DNA from: Marsupella aquatica
Taxonomy: Eukaryota; Plantae; Marchantiophyta
DNA length: 64,000 bases
Direction: 5' to 3'
Assembly: GCA_973895155.1 (NCBI GenBank)
Contig: OZ316897.1
Location: 7,492,470 to 7,556,469, forward strand
Shown here: positions 63,961-64,000 of the stretch, piece by piece
Layout of the letters: each line of letters starts with the position of its first letter
Numbering within the stretch: the stretch's first letter is position 1
Notes under the pieces: model-generated
Databases searched by the model: none
What the model saw: only the letters and a program-made list of their open reading frames with translations
Told to the model about the DNA's origin: nothing
Program-made: the position numbers and the translations under genes

Positions 63961-64000
63961 TACAAGTTACACGCTCATAATGAACCTCAAGGTTGCCGTG

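Overview
Eukaryotic, intron-containing DNA from a land plant, most likely a non-seed plant such as a bryophyte (inferred from the gene and TE types). The only clear host gene is the 3' part of a BONOBO-like (bHLH VIIIa) gene at 1-537. About 16-51 kb is a nest of DNA transposons. The outer unit is a minus-strand cassette encoding an EDM2-type multi-PHD chromatin reader (24413-25099), a TET/JBP-like Fe(II) dioxygenase and an IS3/IS481-like (IS3EU-type) DDE integrase, preceded by a 375-bp tandem array. The dioxygenase only becomes visible after removing a 3.4-kb insertion that splits it right after its HxD motif. Three insertions with readable TIRs and TSDs sit inside this unit: (i) a 3.4-kb non-autonomous TIR element (18993-22398, TSD CAAT); (ii) a 9.7-kb CACTA element (25200-34881, TSD TAT) carrying an extra SET-domain ORF; (iii) a 12.2-kb Sola-like element (37856-50022, TSD GATG) carrying a ParB-like/methyltransferase-like gene, an FCP1/SCP-type HAD phosphatase and many internal palindromes. 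The right end holds a pogo-like element (58966-61637, TA TSD) inserted in a tandem pair of foldback elements. Main candidate novelty: unrelated DNA transposons each carrying chromatin or epigenetic-effector cargo, above all a PHD-reader + TET + transposase cassette that could act as a self-demethylating anti-silencing system. All protein calls are by-eye motif recognition; no searches were run.
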